A DNA stretch of 63,835 nt, counting the filler, from Reclinomonas americana ATCC 50394 (lineage: Eukaryota): assembly GCA_048213135.1 (NCBI GenBank). It is 11 parts of 5 records of this genome, joined end to end, with 100 filler letters (N's around TTAATTAATTAA, not from the genome) between each part and the next. Parts side by side here need not be neighbours in the genome. Positions count along the whole stretch, not along the records: positions 1 to 25,002 come from PS015638.1; 10 more parts are not named here. One strand, given 5' to 3'. The position numbers were made by a program, and so were the translations under genes. Numbering within the stretch: position 1 is the stretch's first letter; each line of letters begins with the position of its first letter. The notes under the pieces are model-generated. The model did no database searches and was not told the origin of the DNA. It worked only from the letters and a program-made list of their open reading frames with translations. Below are positions 1 through 18,109 of this stretch, piece after piece.

Positions 1-10
1 AGAGAGAGAC

Positions 11-41
<31 letters not shown>

Positions 42-454
42 CAGAGGGAGAAGTGAGAACAGAAGGAAGATAGAATGACAGGTAAGTGACTCGGAAACAT
101 GCAGATGCAGACTCGCGCGAGAGAGAGAGAGAGGGAGAGAGAGGGACAGGGAGAAATGAAGGAAGAGTGTGAATGACAGGCAGACTGCTTCGCAACGTGC
201 AGACACTCGCCAAGTGGGAGAGAGAGAGAGAGCGCGTGAATGAGAAGGAGAGAATACACGAGATAATTTCGAGGCCTGGGAAGCAGGCGAACTCCTAAAC
301 TCGTGCATGCAGACAAGATACAGAGAGCAAAGGAGTGAAGCAGAAGAAGATGCGAGCGATACCGTGCGAGAAGGCCGGAGATTGAATCGGAAACATCGAT
401 GCAAGAGAGAGAGAAAGAGGCATACACACATAGAGACCCGTCTGGTGACGCAAC

Positions 455-614
455 ACAATGTCAGTTTTCCCCCAGTAGATACACGGATACTTCTGGAGTC
501 CCGGAATGTATGGGTCGGGGCTGGCCGAGCAGTACGGGTACTCTGTCGGTGGCAGCGGCGGATCCGACGGACTGGAGATGGTCAACTCAATGACACCGTC
601 GGGGGTCTCCACGG
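455..614 (-). CDS. Single exon of a probable P2X-receptor-like ATP-gated channel (partial)
   Basis: AG/GT-bounded exon reads AVETPDGVIELTISSP...EYPYCSASPDPY...KYPCIYWGKTDIV. This resembles my memory of the post-TM1 ectodomain of amoebozoan/algal P2X (ExPxGxVxxSL...YC...CxYWD). Flanking exons were not identified. Confidence 0.45.
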
Positions 615-1549
615 CTGCGGAGGGTGCGCGTGGAATGAGGAGAGAGGGAGATGGGGGGGAGGGAGGAGGAGGGGGAGAAGGAGAGGAGGAGGAGAACGAG
701 GAGAAGGAGGAGGGGGAGCAGGAGGAGAGGGAAGAGGAGGAGGCGGAGGAGGAGGATGACAAGAGGGAGAAGTGGATCAAGACGGAGAAGAGGATCAAGA
801 AGGAGAAGGAGGAGAAAAAAGAAAAGGAAGATAACAAAGAGGTGGTGGAGGACGAGGAGGAGGAGGAGGAGGAGGAGGAGGAGGAGGAGGAGGAGAAGAA
901 GAAGAAGAAGANNNNNNNNNNNNNNNNNNNNNNNNNNNNNNNNNNNNNNNNNNNNNNNNNNNNNNNNNNNNNNNNNNNNNNNNNNNNNNNNNNNNNNNNN
1001 NNNNNNNNNNNNNNNNNNNNNNNNNNNNNNNNNNNNNNNNNNNNNNNNNNNNNNNNNNNNNNNNNNNNNNNNNNNNNNNNNNNNNNNNNNNNNNNNNNNN
1101 NNNNNNNNNNNNNNNNNNNNNNNNNNNNNNNNNNNNNNNNNNNNNNNNNNNNNNNNNNNNNNNNNNNNNNNNNNNNNNNNNNNNNNNNNNNNNNNNNNNN
1201 NNNNNNNNNNNNNNNNNNNNNNNNNNNNNNNNNNNNNNNNNNNNNNNNNNNNNNNNNNNNNNNNNNNNNNNNNNNNNNNNNNNNNNNNNNNNNNNNNNNN
1301 NNNNNNNNNNNNNNNNNNNNNNNNNNNNNNNNNNNNNNNNNNNNNNNNNNNNNNNNNNNNNNNNNNNNNNNNNNNNNNNNNNNNNNNNNNNNNNNNNNNN
1401 NNNNNNNNNNNNNNNNNNNNNNNNNNNNNNNNNNNNNNNNNNNNAGGAGGAGGAGAGAGAGAGTGGAGAGAGAGAGAGAGAGAGAGAGAGAGTATGAGAG
1501 AAGTTTCGTGAGTGATCACGAGTGAGTGAGTGTGATCCATGCGAGACAG

Positions 1550-4338
1550 GGTCAGAGGAACAGCGTGCATAAGTATGACTGCATCGGCGTATCTCTCTCT
1601 CTTTCCTCTCCTTCTCTTCTCTCTCCTCTGCCTCTCTTTTATTCGCTCTCTCTTCCCCTGGCTGGGGACGGAGACGGCCTCTCATTCACATTCGCGCTGA
1701 TTCCGACTGCAGGAAGACTGCCCTGGAGGAGGAGGTCAAGACGCTGCGTGGCAAGCTGAGCGATTTCAACTCGGCAGTGGAGTTGGTGCGTCATGCACGT
1801 TATCAAGTTGGTGAGGGCGCACCTTTTCATTGTGTTTGTTGCGCAGAGTGCTGGCGACGATGATGTGGATGTGACGGCGATTGAGCAGGAGACCTCGTTG
1901 ATGAGGTCGAGCAACGAAAAGTCGCGTCGTAACATGGACAAGATCTTCACGGAGCGCTCCGAGTTGCGTTGCATCACAAAATGCAGACACGGGTCGGTCC
2001 TGTCTCTCATGCGTGCATGTGCAGACTCGATCGACGAATTCGTGAGTGTGAGGATGCCGTCGCGCGCATGTACCTGGAGTTGGAGGCGGAGCTCGACCAG
2101 GTGTGTTCTATCGTCTAATGTGGCGCTCAGTTGCTACTTCATCCCACTTCTCACGTGTGTGTGTGTTTTGCAGGATCCGGGATCGCGCCAGCTCATTTAC
2201 AGCCTGCGCGAGGAGGATCAGGTGTTGACAGAGGAGATTGCCAGACGCGAGGCGCAGCTGGCCGACTTTGCCAACAAGAAGCGAGAGCTGGAGCGGGTTT
2301 GTTGCCTCTAGAGGGAAGAGAGTGAAAGATCTGCACGCGCTCATTCTCTTGTCACACAGGAACTGGAAGAGGATCCCAGTCGTCTGCGTGCTGCCTCCCT
2401 GTCACAGGAGATTGCGGTGCTTGCCAAGCGCAAGGCTGAGTTGACGGGCGAGGTGGATCCAAATGTTGCGTCGGTAGAAGGAAGGGGGCACGAGTGTCCA
2501 GATCATTATCCACCTCGCCTCACACACACGCATTCTTGTCGAACTCAGCTGTGCCTTGTGACCAACCTGACTCATTCGTTTTCGTACTCCTGCATCTTTC
2601 GCATGTTACTCCTCTCGCTCGTTGCTATTGGATTCGCAGGTTCCTTTCTTGGGTTCCAGTCTCCTTCCTGTTTCTCTTCTCTCTCGCGACCTTCTGTTTC
2701 TCCTCTCCTCCTCCTTTATCTTTCACCGAGTATTCTTCGTCGGAGTGAGCATTGTCACGAGTGCTTTTGCGTGTTTCCTCTCCGTCTGTGGTCACCGCCA
2801 TCATAGTATTCCCCCTACCAATACACACACACACACTTTCCTCCTTTCCCCTCCCTTCCCCTCTCCTTTCCTCCCCCTTGCCCTCTCCTTCCCTCTCTTC
2901 CCATCCTCCTCCTCCTCCGCCCTTTCCCCCCTTTCTCACCACTTGCGCCACAGAGTGTCGGCGGCAGCCTGGAGGACGAGCGCGTGCGCCTGATGGAACA
3001 GACGCGAATCGACAAGAAGGAAATCGAGCGGCTGCAGAAGCAGCTGACCGACATTCAGGACGATGTGGCCTCGTACCGACTGGAGGTTGGCGGCGTGTCG
3101 GAGGACGGCGGTCGTGACAGCTCGACCATTGTCGACTTGCTCGGCAAGGACAAGCAGGTGTCCAAATTTATCGAGGAGGTTTGTCTGCTTACAAGTTTAT
3201 CGATTTGGCAGCCACCCACGCGGGAAGCTCACGACGCTCCCTTTCAGTTCCCCGAGCAGAAGCAACGACACATTGAGAACATCAACCAGCTGCAGGAGCG
3301 CATTGTACGGCATTTGGCCACGGTGTCCCGAGTGCGTTGACGCTGTTGTGCCTTCCTTTCTATTTTCCTTTCCGCCTCATTGCTTCTCCGCCGCGCAGGA
3401 TCTGTCGATCGCCAAGAGCTTGCCGTCGTCGGAGCAGTTCAGCTCGATGCAAAAGGACTTGGAGTACAAGGAGTTGCAGGCGTTGCAGGCGCAGTTCACG
3501 GGCGAGCGCATTCAGAAGAAGGGTGCGTGTTATGCATCGCCATGTGACCACACAATTGATATCATGGTCACTGATTTGCTTCTTCCCCCCACTCGACAGA
3601 GTTGCAGCGCATGATCAAGGATCTGGAGGATTTGGAGAACCTGGAGAACAAGATCGACACGCAAGTGCGCTTCTTCACCGACAAGTACGAGAAGATGAAT
3701 CGGGAAATGTCAACATACGAGGATCTCGATTCGCTGCGCGTGGAGGCTGACAGGCGGAAGAGGGTGCGTGAGCATGGATGAGGGTCGTTGATGATATTTG
3801 GGAGTCAGCTCACGGAGAGCGCGTGCGCAGGATTTGGTCGCACAAAAGGACGAGTTCTTGTCTCGCCGCGACCGTCTCCGCAACCGCGTGTCGCTGCTGT
3901 CGCAGGAGCTGGAGGAGGAAAAGGTGAGCGGCACGGCGTGTTGGTGGACGATTATCGTGCACATCTCTCTTATCCACTTTTCTTGCACGCGCAGCGCAAG
4001 CTGAACTCGAACGACATTCACCGCTCGATGGAGCAGGCTGTGAAGAAGGTACGCTGTGGTGCGTGTTGTTTCGTGTTGCTCGCTTCCCTCCTCACCTCCC
4101 GCTGCGCTCCAGATCCGCTTCCTCGAGACAAATCTCTTCACCTTGGAAGAATGTTGCGTACAGGTCACCGTGAATGCCTTGTGTACTCTCGCGCTCACTT
4201 GCCCTAACGCCGATCGCAGTTATCAAGTCGGAGGGTGCCGAGTCCAACTACCACCCACTCCGCATTCAGGCACTGGAGAAGCTCACCGAGCTCAATGCGG
4301 CCGTGCAGCGACCACTGATGACGCAGGTCTTCCGATGA
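1550..4338 (+). CDS. IFT74: Intraflagellar transport protein 74 (multi-exon; 5' end missing or in gap)
   Basis: Spliced exons give KTALEEEVKTLRGKLSDFN, MDKIFTERSE, RVRLMEQTRIDKKEIERLQKQL, KDKQVSKFIEEFPEQK, SLPSSEQFSSMQKDLEYK and LETNLFTLEEFIKSEGAESNYHPL. All match the IFT74 coiled-coil pattern. Stop TGA at 4336-4338. The 1550 exon is tentative; the first firm exon starts at 1713. Confidence 0.9.
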
Positions 4339-4476
4339 GCGTCGTCGTGTGTGTTTGTGATTTGGCATTCTCTTGTCGTGTGGTGGTGGTGGTGGTGGTC
4401 TGGGTCTCGTGTGAATACCCTCTATTGAAAAGAACAAGTGGCGCCTGTGTGTACGTTGCCACGAGAGCAGGCTTTC

Positions 4477-4760
4477 GGGAGTCTGCCGGTTGGGGATGTT
4501 GTTGCGTCCAGATAGCGATCTTGGAGGCCGACTTGCGACGAGGAAGGGAGTCTGCCGGTTAATGTCATTGTGTTCTGGCACCAGTCGTTGAGGACGCTTG
4601 CGACGAGGAGTCCAGGCGCCTGGGAGTCTGCCGGTCAATGCCTTTGCGTTCTGGGACCAGTCGTTGAGGACGCCTCGAGACAATCCATCCAGGCGCGGGA
4701 GTCTGCCGGTCAATGTCATTGAGCTCAGCTTCCTGTCGATGAGGACGCCTTGCGGGGGAA
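4477..4760. repeat. Degenerate tandem repeat, 4 units of 69-76 bp
   Basis: GGGAGTCTGCCGGT occurs at 4477, 4546, 4622 and 4697. A second motif GTCG(T/A)TGAGGACGC recurs in units 2-4. Confidence 0.85.
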
Positions 4761-5003
4761 TTCGTCTGTTGACGATTCTTGTGCGTGCACCTTGTCGCGG
4801 CGACTGCGACGCGTCCAATCTTTCGCGCATGCATGCTGTGGGTGCCGGCTGACAAGAAATCGTTGTGCTGGAGTGCTCAGTGAGATTGCCTGTTGGATGG
4901 TGTGGAGGCTGCATTGCTCAAAAGACGCAGCGAGATGGATAAAGCTGTCTATGCATACACAGTTTACGCTCATCTCCCTCCCTCTCCCTCGCCCCCCTCA
5001 CCC

Positions 5004-5962
5004 TCACCTCCACCCCGGCACAAAGGCCGGCACTCTCCGCCGATACTCCTCGTACTGCGAGCCAAACAGCTTCACGAGTTTGCGCTCCTCGTACGGAATG
5101 CCCCACTGCGAGAGGTACACGACGGCGGCGACAAGGTGCAGGAAGCGACCGAGTGGCATGGCCGGGGTGAACGCCATGGCCGCGGTGGTGAACGTGTACA
5201 GCGGATGGCGCACCCAGCGGTAGAGGCCAGTGGTGATGAGATGCGGCGTGCCCTCTGGCCGCTGCAGCGACTGCGTGTTGGCGGCCAACTGCGTCAACCC
5301 CACAAACGACGTCATGCCATGCACAATGACACCATACAGCGAGCCGCCCCACAACGCCACACTGCCAATCCGCCCGGCCAGCAACAGCGTGTCGCCTTCA
5401 ATCGCCCAGCTCAACCACGGCCGCGCATCCCACACCATGAAAGGCAGCGGTTGCCACAGGAGCATAAAGCCGACCAGCTGCACCGAGGTCTGCAGCAGGA
5501 AGACAAAGCGACGCAGTTGCAGCGGCTGCGCGTCTTGCATTGAGCTAAAAAATTGTGCGCTGCGATCTCCTGGCACATCGGAGAAACGCAACAATCCACT
5601 GCTGCACGAACGCCAGCTGCTGAAACCACGTCTGCGCCATGATCGTATGCGAGGCCGCAAACACGGCAAACAGCGCCACATTCCACAGCATCGCACCCAC
5701 CACCGATCGGATCTCAATCAGCACAGGCGCGAACGGAAAATGACAGTCCCACACGCTCGTCCACATCGCATAGAGACCGGTGAGTGGCAGCAGCAGGCCT
5801 GCGATGATCACAGCTGCAAGGAGGCGTGCAGAGGGCGCGAGATGCTGTCCGCCTGGAGAGAGATACAGCAAGCAATCAGATCAGCAGCGAGATGTCGAAC
5901 ACCTCAGCAGCATCAAACAACAGTCGCTTGCCTCTTGCATCAATACTCTTGGCGCCCTTCAT
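5004..5962 (-). CDS. Nurim/MddA-like (ICMT/PEMT-family) membrane methyltransferase
   Basis: Motifs NVALFAVFAASHTIMA, LLWQPLP, LITTGLYRWVRHPLY and EERKLVKLFGSQYEEYRRRVPAFVP; multiple TM helices; 2 inferred introns; start MKGAKSID at 5962. Confidence 0.8.
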
Positions 5963-6049
5963 CTCCCGCCCGTTGTTTGTCTGTTTGTTGATCGGAGACA
6001 AACGGAGAATGCGCACGAGCAACCCGCCAGAACACACTTTCTCTTTGAA

Positions 6050-8071
6050 ATGAGCGGTCGCGTGTTGCGTTCTCGTGCAAAGCCCGTTGTGAAGGAGGAG
6101 CCTGCGGAGGAGGAAGTGGAGGCAGAGGTGAAGCCCGCACGTGGTCGCAAGCGGCAAGTCAAGCAAGAGGAGGACGATGAATGTGCGTGTCACTGTGTGT
6201 GTGTGTGTGCTCATTCTCTCACGCGCGCGCGCAGCCTCTTCACGCTCTCCGCCTCCTCGCAAGCGCGCCAAGGCCGCTCCCAAAGACGAGGCCAAGGCAT
6301 GTGGACGCAAGCACATGGAAGGCGTCTTTGATCTGCATGTTGAGTCTCTCACTCGCTCGGAGTCACAGTCTCACAATCAAAAGCTCACCTCTCTTTTGTG
6401 CAGGAGCGTGACGTGTCGACTCGCAGCGGTTGGTCACTGCGGGAGGCGGTTACGCATCTGCGGCAGGCGGATGAGCGCTTGGCGGCGTTGATTGACTCGC
6501 ATGGAGCGCCGCCGTTCTATGCGGATTCCGAGGCGGTGTCGCGCAGTCCGTTTCAGCACTTGGTGCGAGCGATTATGGTGAGGAGGGATGTGGGGAGATG
6601 GGAGGAGGGGAAGGTGATGATGGGGAGAAGGGGATGATGGGGAAGAGTGTCTCCAAAAACTTGGCCCTCTCATGGTTTTGGCTTTCCGCCCTCGTCATGC
6701 CTTTTCCTCTTTTTCTCTCTTCGTTCTTCTTGCTCCTGTTCCTCTTGCTCTTCTTCTTCTTCTTCTTCTTCTTCTTCTTCTTCTTCTTCTTCTTCTTCNN
6801 NNNNNNNNNNNNNNNNNNTCCTTCTCCTCCTTATTCTTCTTCTTCTTCTTCTTCTGTTCTTGTTTTTCTTCCTCTTGTTCCTCTTGTTCTTGCTCTTCTT
6901 CTTCTTCTTCTTCTTCTTGTTCTTCTTCCTCTGCTTCCTTTCTTCGCCTTCTTCTTTTCTTCTTCTTCTTCTTCTCCTCCTCCTCCTCCTCCTCCTCGTC
7001 CTCCTCCTCCTTCTTGTTCTTCTTGTTCTTGCTCTTCTTCTTCTTCTTCTTCTTTCTTCATTTACTTCTTCTTCTTCTTCTCCTCCTCCTTCTCCTCCTC
7101 CTCCTTTCTATTTCTTTCATTCTCTCTCGCTCATCCCCTTTCTTCTTTCCCCTCCTCCTTCTCCTTCTTCTTGTCCTTCTCCTTCTCTCTCGCTCATCCC
7201 TTTCCCTTTCCTGCCCCCTTCAGTTCCAGCAGCTGGCCGGCGCCGCCGCTCAAGCCATCCTCCGACGCTTCCTGGCCCTGTTCGGCGACGACACCTCCAG
7301 CATGCCGACACCGGCGCAGGTGTTGACGGTGCGTTTCCACAGTCGTCGCGCTGCCTCCCTTTTCGACCATTTCATTTCGTCGTCGTGTTCCGCCACCAGC
7401 AATCCGTCGACACGCTGCGCTCGGTGGGTCTCTCGCGTCAAAAGGCCAGCTACATCCTCGACCTGGCGCAAAAGTTTGACGACGGCACGATTGTGGAGGA
7501 GCGCCTGTTGAAGATGGACCGTGACGAGATTTCCGACACGCTGATTCAGGTCAAGGGCATTGGCAAGGTTTTGTTTTTCTCTGTGCAGTGAGCGTATGTG
7601 TGGGTTGTTGAAGGTCGCTCATTTTGCCATCATTCTCGTTGTTCTTGGTAAATCCAGTGGAGGTAAGGGTCGTTGTTTCTACTTCCTCGCAGACATTAGT
7701 GTGCTCACTTTCACCACCGCGCCCAGCATCGACATGTATCTGATGTTTTACGCCCACCACGCCGACGTGTTGCCGGTCGGCGATCTGTTTCGTTGCCTCC
7801 ATCTTCCCCCCACTCTCGTTCTCCATCCACCCACTTGCATCACTGTGCCTTGCAGTGGCATGCGCAAGGGCATGCAGCGCTACTTTTCGCTGAAGGACCT
7901 CCCCGAGGTCGACAAGGTGCGCAAGTTCATCGCACGTCACCTTCGCCCCTCTCCTTGCTCACCTCCCCGTCGCAGATGGAAAAGCTCTCCGCCCCCTGGC
8001 GTCCCTACCGCAGCGTCGCCTCGTGGTACATGTGGCGCTGCGCCGAGACCAAGCTGCCGACCGACGATTGA
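6050..8071 (+). CDS. DNA-3-methyladenine glycosylase, AlkA/MAG1 HhH-GPD family
   Basis: PFQHLVRAIM|FQQLAGAAAQAILRRF, LRSVGLSRQKASYILDLA, HhH motif VKGIGK|WS|IDMYLMF, DVLPVGDLGMRKG and WRPYRSVASWYMW. Confidence 0.92.
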
Positions 8072-8103
8072 CCAGCACTACCCAGCAAACATTTTCAATA
8101 CAT

Positions 8104-14884
<6,781 letters not shown>

Positions 14885-15034
14885 CGAATTCCTTCTCTTG
14901 TGCTTCATTATAACGCACACATAAAGCACAGCATACTGGAGCACACCACAGCTCTCTCCTCACTGAGAACGTCGTGCCACTGATCATCTGTTGTCCGTCG
15001 CCTTTATTTGACTACTTCTCTTTACGCGCACCCC

Positions 15035-16374
15035 ATGGGCTCTCTCTTCAGTTTCGGTCGCCGCAAGTCGCGCCCACCAACGCCCACCACAGCAGCAACG
15101 GCCGCCACAACGGCCGCCATCGACGATGACGTGTTGGCGCTGAGCGAGTCCGACGTGGCCGGGTGGACAGTGGTGTCGATTGGTGGCGATCGTCGTCGCT
15201 CACAGCGACTGGAGTTGGCCGCCAGTGCCAGTGCTGGTGGTGACTCACCAGTGCCGGTGGCGGCGACTGGTGGATCTGCGTCATCGTCGTCGGCGCTATT
15301 TGCGGCGGTTGTGCGCAGTCGACGATTGCGGTGTGCGAGCTGCACGGATAGTGGTGATGCGCAGGGGTGTTATCAGTTGACGTGTGGGCATGGCGTGTGT
15401 CGCGAGTGGTGAGCTTTCTCTTGTTGTGCCGTCGTCTTGTTGTTCGGTCTTTGCCCATTGCGCAACAGCATCGTGAATCTGTTGGAGCAACACGTGCGTC
15501 CGGGTGTCGCCGAGCCCATTCGGTGCTTGTCTAGTGGATGCCGTGCAGGCGAGCTTCTCGTCCTTTCTTTCTTCTTCTCTTGCAGAGTGCTCATTCGCTC
15601 GCTGATTGGCAGAGATGGACGACTTGGCCATCATGCACGCGTGCTCGGATCGACCGCAGTTGAAGCCGCTGCTGGATGCGTATGGTGACATTCTCGATCG
15701 TTGGTATCTGGCGCAACATGCGCGGCGGTGTCCCAATGTGAGTCGGCGGCGTCGTCGTCGTCTCTCTGTTTCAGTCTGCGACTTACAGTGTGCTCGCAGT
15801 GCAATCGGGAATCGGTGCTGGAGAATCCGTCCACGCGTCAGGCCGTGTGCAGCTGCGGGACCAAGTTTTGCGTGCGCTGTGGGGCGCGATGGCGCAAGTG
15901 GAGCGGCAGTGGTGCTTGTGGAAATCCCGACTGCATTTCGCCGAATGAGTTGCTGAAGACGTGCGAGGAAGTGGTTGCGTTTTTTTTTTCCTTTGTGGAC
16001 TTGTGCTCGTCTCGCGATGTTGGCACTCACACACACACACGCAGCATGTGTGGCCGCACGAGGCGTCACGCGACAAGAAGGTTCCACGACTGCGTGCCTG
16101 CCCCAAGTGCCACAGAATACAAGGTGAGTCGAGTGCGTGTGTGCCGGCTTCTCTTGTCTGTCGCGGCTCACGCCTGCGGCATCGATCAGAGTACAAGGAG
16201 GGCTGCAAGCACATCATGTGCCAAGACAACCTGTGTGCCACCGAGTACTGCCTGCGCTGCTTGGCCATCAAAGGCGACGATGGATGGCCCGTCAGCTGCC
16301 GCGGCAGCGACCCGTCCGTGCAGGACTATCGATTTGCGTGCAACGTGGCCGCACGACAGAGATTGCCCGAATAG
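15035..16374 (+). CDS. RBR E3 ubiquitin ligase unit 1 (MGSLFS leader-RING1-IBR-RING2)
   Basis: RING1 CASC..CGHGVCREC..CLSSGC; IBR CPNC..CSCGTKFCVRC; RING2 RACPKCHRIQEYKEGCKHIMCQDNLCATEYCLRC; 5 introns. Confidence 0.9.
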
Positions 16375-16554
16375 TCAGACCGGTGGTGTTGTGTAGTTGT
16401 AATCTGTCGAATCGCACCTGCATTGCGTGCTCCACTTCACTTTGCACGTTGGATTCACGGCACCGACTGTTGTTGTCAGCTTTGTTGTTTTTCCACTCTC
16501 TAGAACGCAAAAAGCACACCCACCCCCCTGCGCTTGCACAGACTCATAAGACCG

Positions 16555-17998
16555 ATGGGAAACTTCTTCAACCGTGGCCGTCAAGCGCAAGCGCTTGCCG
16601 CTGCCGCTGACAGCAGTCGCGTGGCTTGCCAGCCTCGTGAAGACACGATTCCCTTGTCGCGGGAGACGCTGATTATCAACGACGCGCAGCATAGGTCACC
16701 GCGTCCAAGTTACGGCGGAAGTACGACGCCTCGATCGGGGCGTGTGTCGCTGAGAGGCCGAGGACCAGTGTTTGCGCTGCTTGAGTGTTCGTCGCGGCTG
16801 CCGTGCGCCAACTGCACCGCCAGTGGAACGACGCTTGGAAAGTCCTCCTATCGGCTGCCCTGCGGTCACGGAGTGTGCCCCGAGTGGTGAGTGGGGGATG
16901 GGCGAATGCGTGTGAACGGATGTGTGTCGTCAGTCGCGATTCGTCGTTGTCAGTTACTCGCTGTCTTCTTTTCTTTTCCTTTGATCAAGACAACCCACCT
17001 ACTGTCTTGCCTTTGTATCTCATTCCATTCTCGCCCCCTCCTGTCGATGCTGTAATTCCGAACATGTTGGTTAAAGCGATACTTCTCGTATTTGGCAGCG
17101 CTGTGGACCTCCTGAAACATCATGTGGACTCCGGCGTCGTGGAACCCATGCGATGCCTCCACAACGGCTGTCGAGCAGGTCAGTGAATTCTCATCAGAGC
17201 GCTGAATCAGGCACTCTTGATTATCACGTACAACACCGCAGAACTGGACGACCTCGTGGTCATGCACGCCTGCTCCTATCTACCTGAGTTGAAAACGACA
17301 CTCGACAGTTACGGAGACATTCTCAACAAGTCGTATTACGACACGCACGCGCGGCAGTGTCCCAATGTGAGTGATGCGCGTCGCGTGCGATCGTCAAAGT
17401 TACTCACTGCTTGGTATGTAGTGCGATCTGCCATGCGTCATGGACAAGAAGCGGTCCACCCGCCGCCAGGCCGTTTGCAGCTGCGGCACCAAGTTCTGTA
17501 TGCGCTGCGGCAACCAATGGCGCAGATGGAGAAGCGGGGGTGCTTGTGGAAACGCTGACTGTAGCCCCCCAAACCCATTGCTGACAACTTGCGAGGAAGT
17601 GGTGAACAAGCAGCGTTGCTACTGACAGGGTCCAAGAGTCGCGCTCAGTATCTCGTGTATCACAGCATGTGTGGCCAAATGAGGCGCCGTGCGACAAGAA
17701 AATTCCTCGACTGCGTGCCTGCCCCAAGTGCCACAGAATACAAGGTGAGTCCAGTGCGTGTGTGCCGGCTTCTCTTGTCTGTCGCCGCTCACGCCTGCGG
17801 CATCGATCAGAGTACAAGGAGGGCTGCAAGCACATCATGTGCCAAGACAACCTGTGTGCCACCGAATACTGCCTGCGCTGCCTGGCCATCAAAGGCGACG
17901 ATGGATGGCCCGTCAGCTGCCGCGGCAGCGACCCGTCCGTGCAGGACTATCGATTTGCGTGCAACGTGGCCGCACGACAGAGATTGCCCGAATTGTGA
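16555..17998 (+). CDS. RBR E3 ubiquitin ligase unit 2 (MGNFFN leader)
   Basis: Same exon structure as unit 1; RING1 CANC..CGHGVCPEC; RING2 exon nearly identical to unit 1. Confidence 0.9.
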
Positions 17999-18109
17999 GG
18001 CGGTGTATACGGTGTTTGAGTTGTAGACCTGCAGTAATGTACAGAAAGGAAGTTGTCGAATCGCGCCGGCATTGCGCGGTACACGTTGCATTCGTTGTTG
18101 GCAGCCCTT

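Noticed and set aside
1550..1590. Apparent in-frame TAA/TGA in an IFT74 exon (stop-codon reassignment)
   Set aside because: Another frame with a canonical GTATGA donor (GQRNSVHK|K) is stop-free. TAA, TAG and TGA all terminate genes in this window, and long exons lack internal stops.
506..1685. Long ORFs across N gaps and AG/CTT tracts (also 6598-7591, 13278-14499, 34176-35591, 38984-40248, 49375-50561)
   Set aside because: They are artefacts of Ns and stop-free low-complexity intron sequence.
4477..4760. CRISPR-like repeat/spacer array
   Set aside because: The spacers are homologous to each other, the repeat is only 14 nt, there are no cas genes, and the context is eukaryotic.
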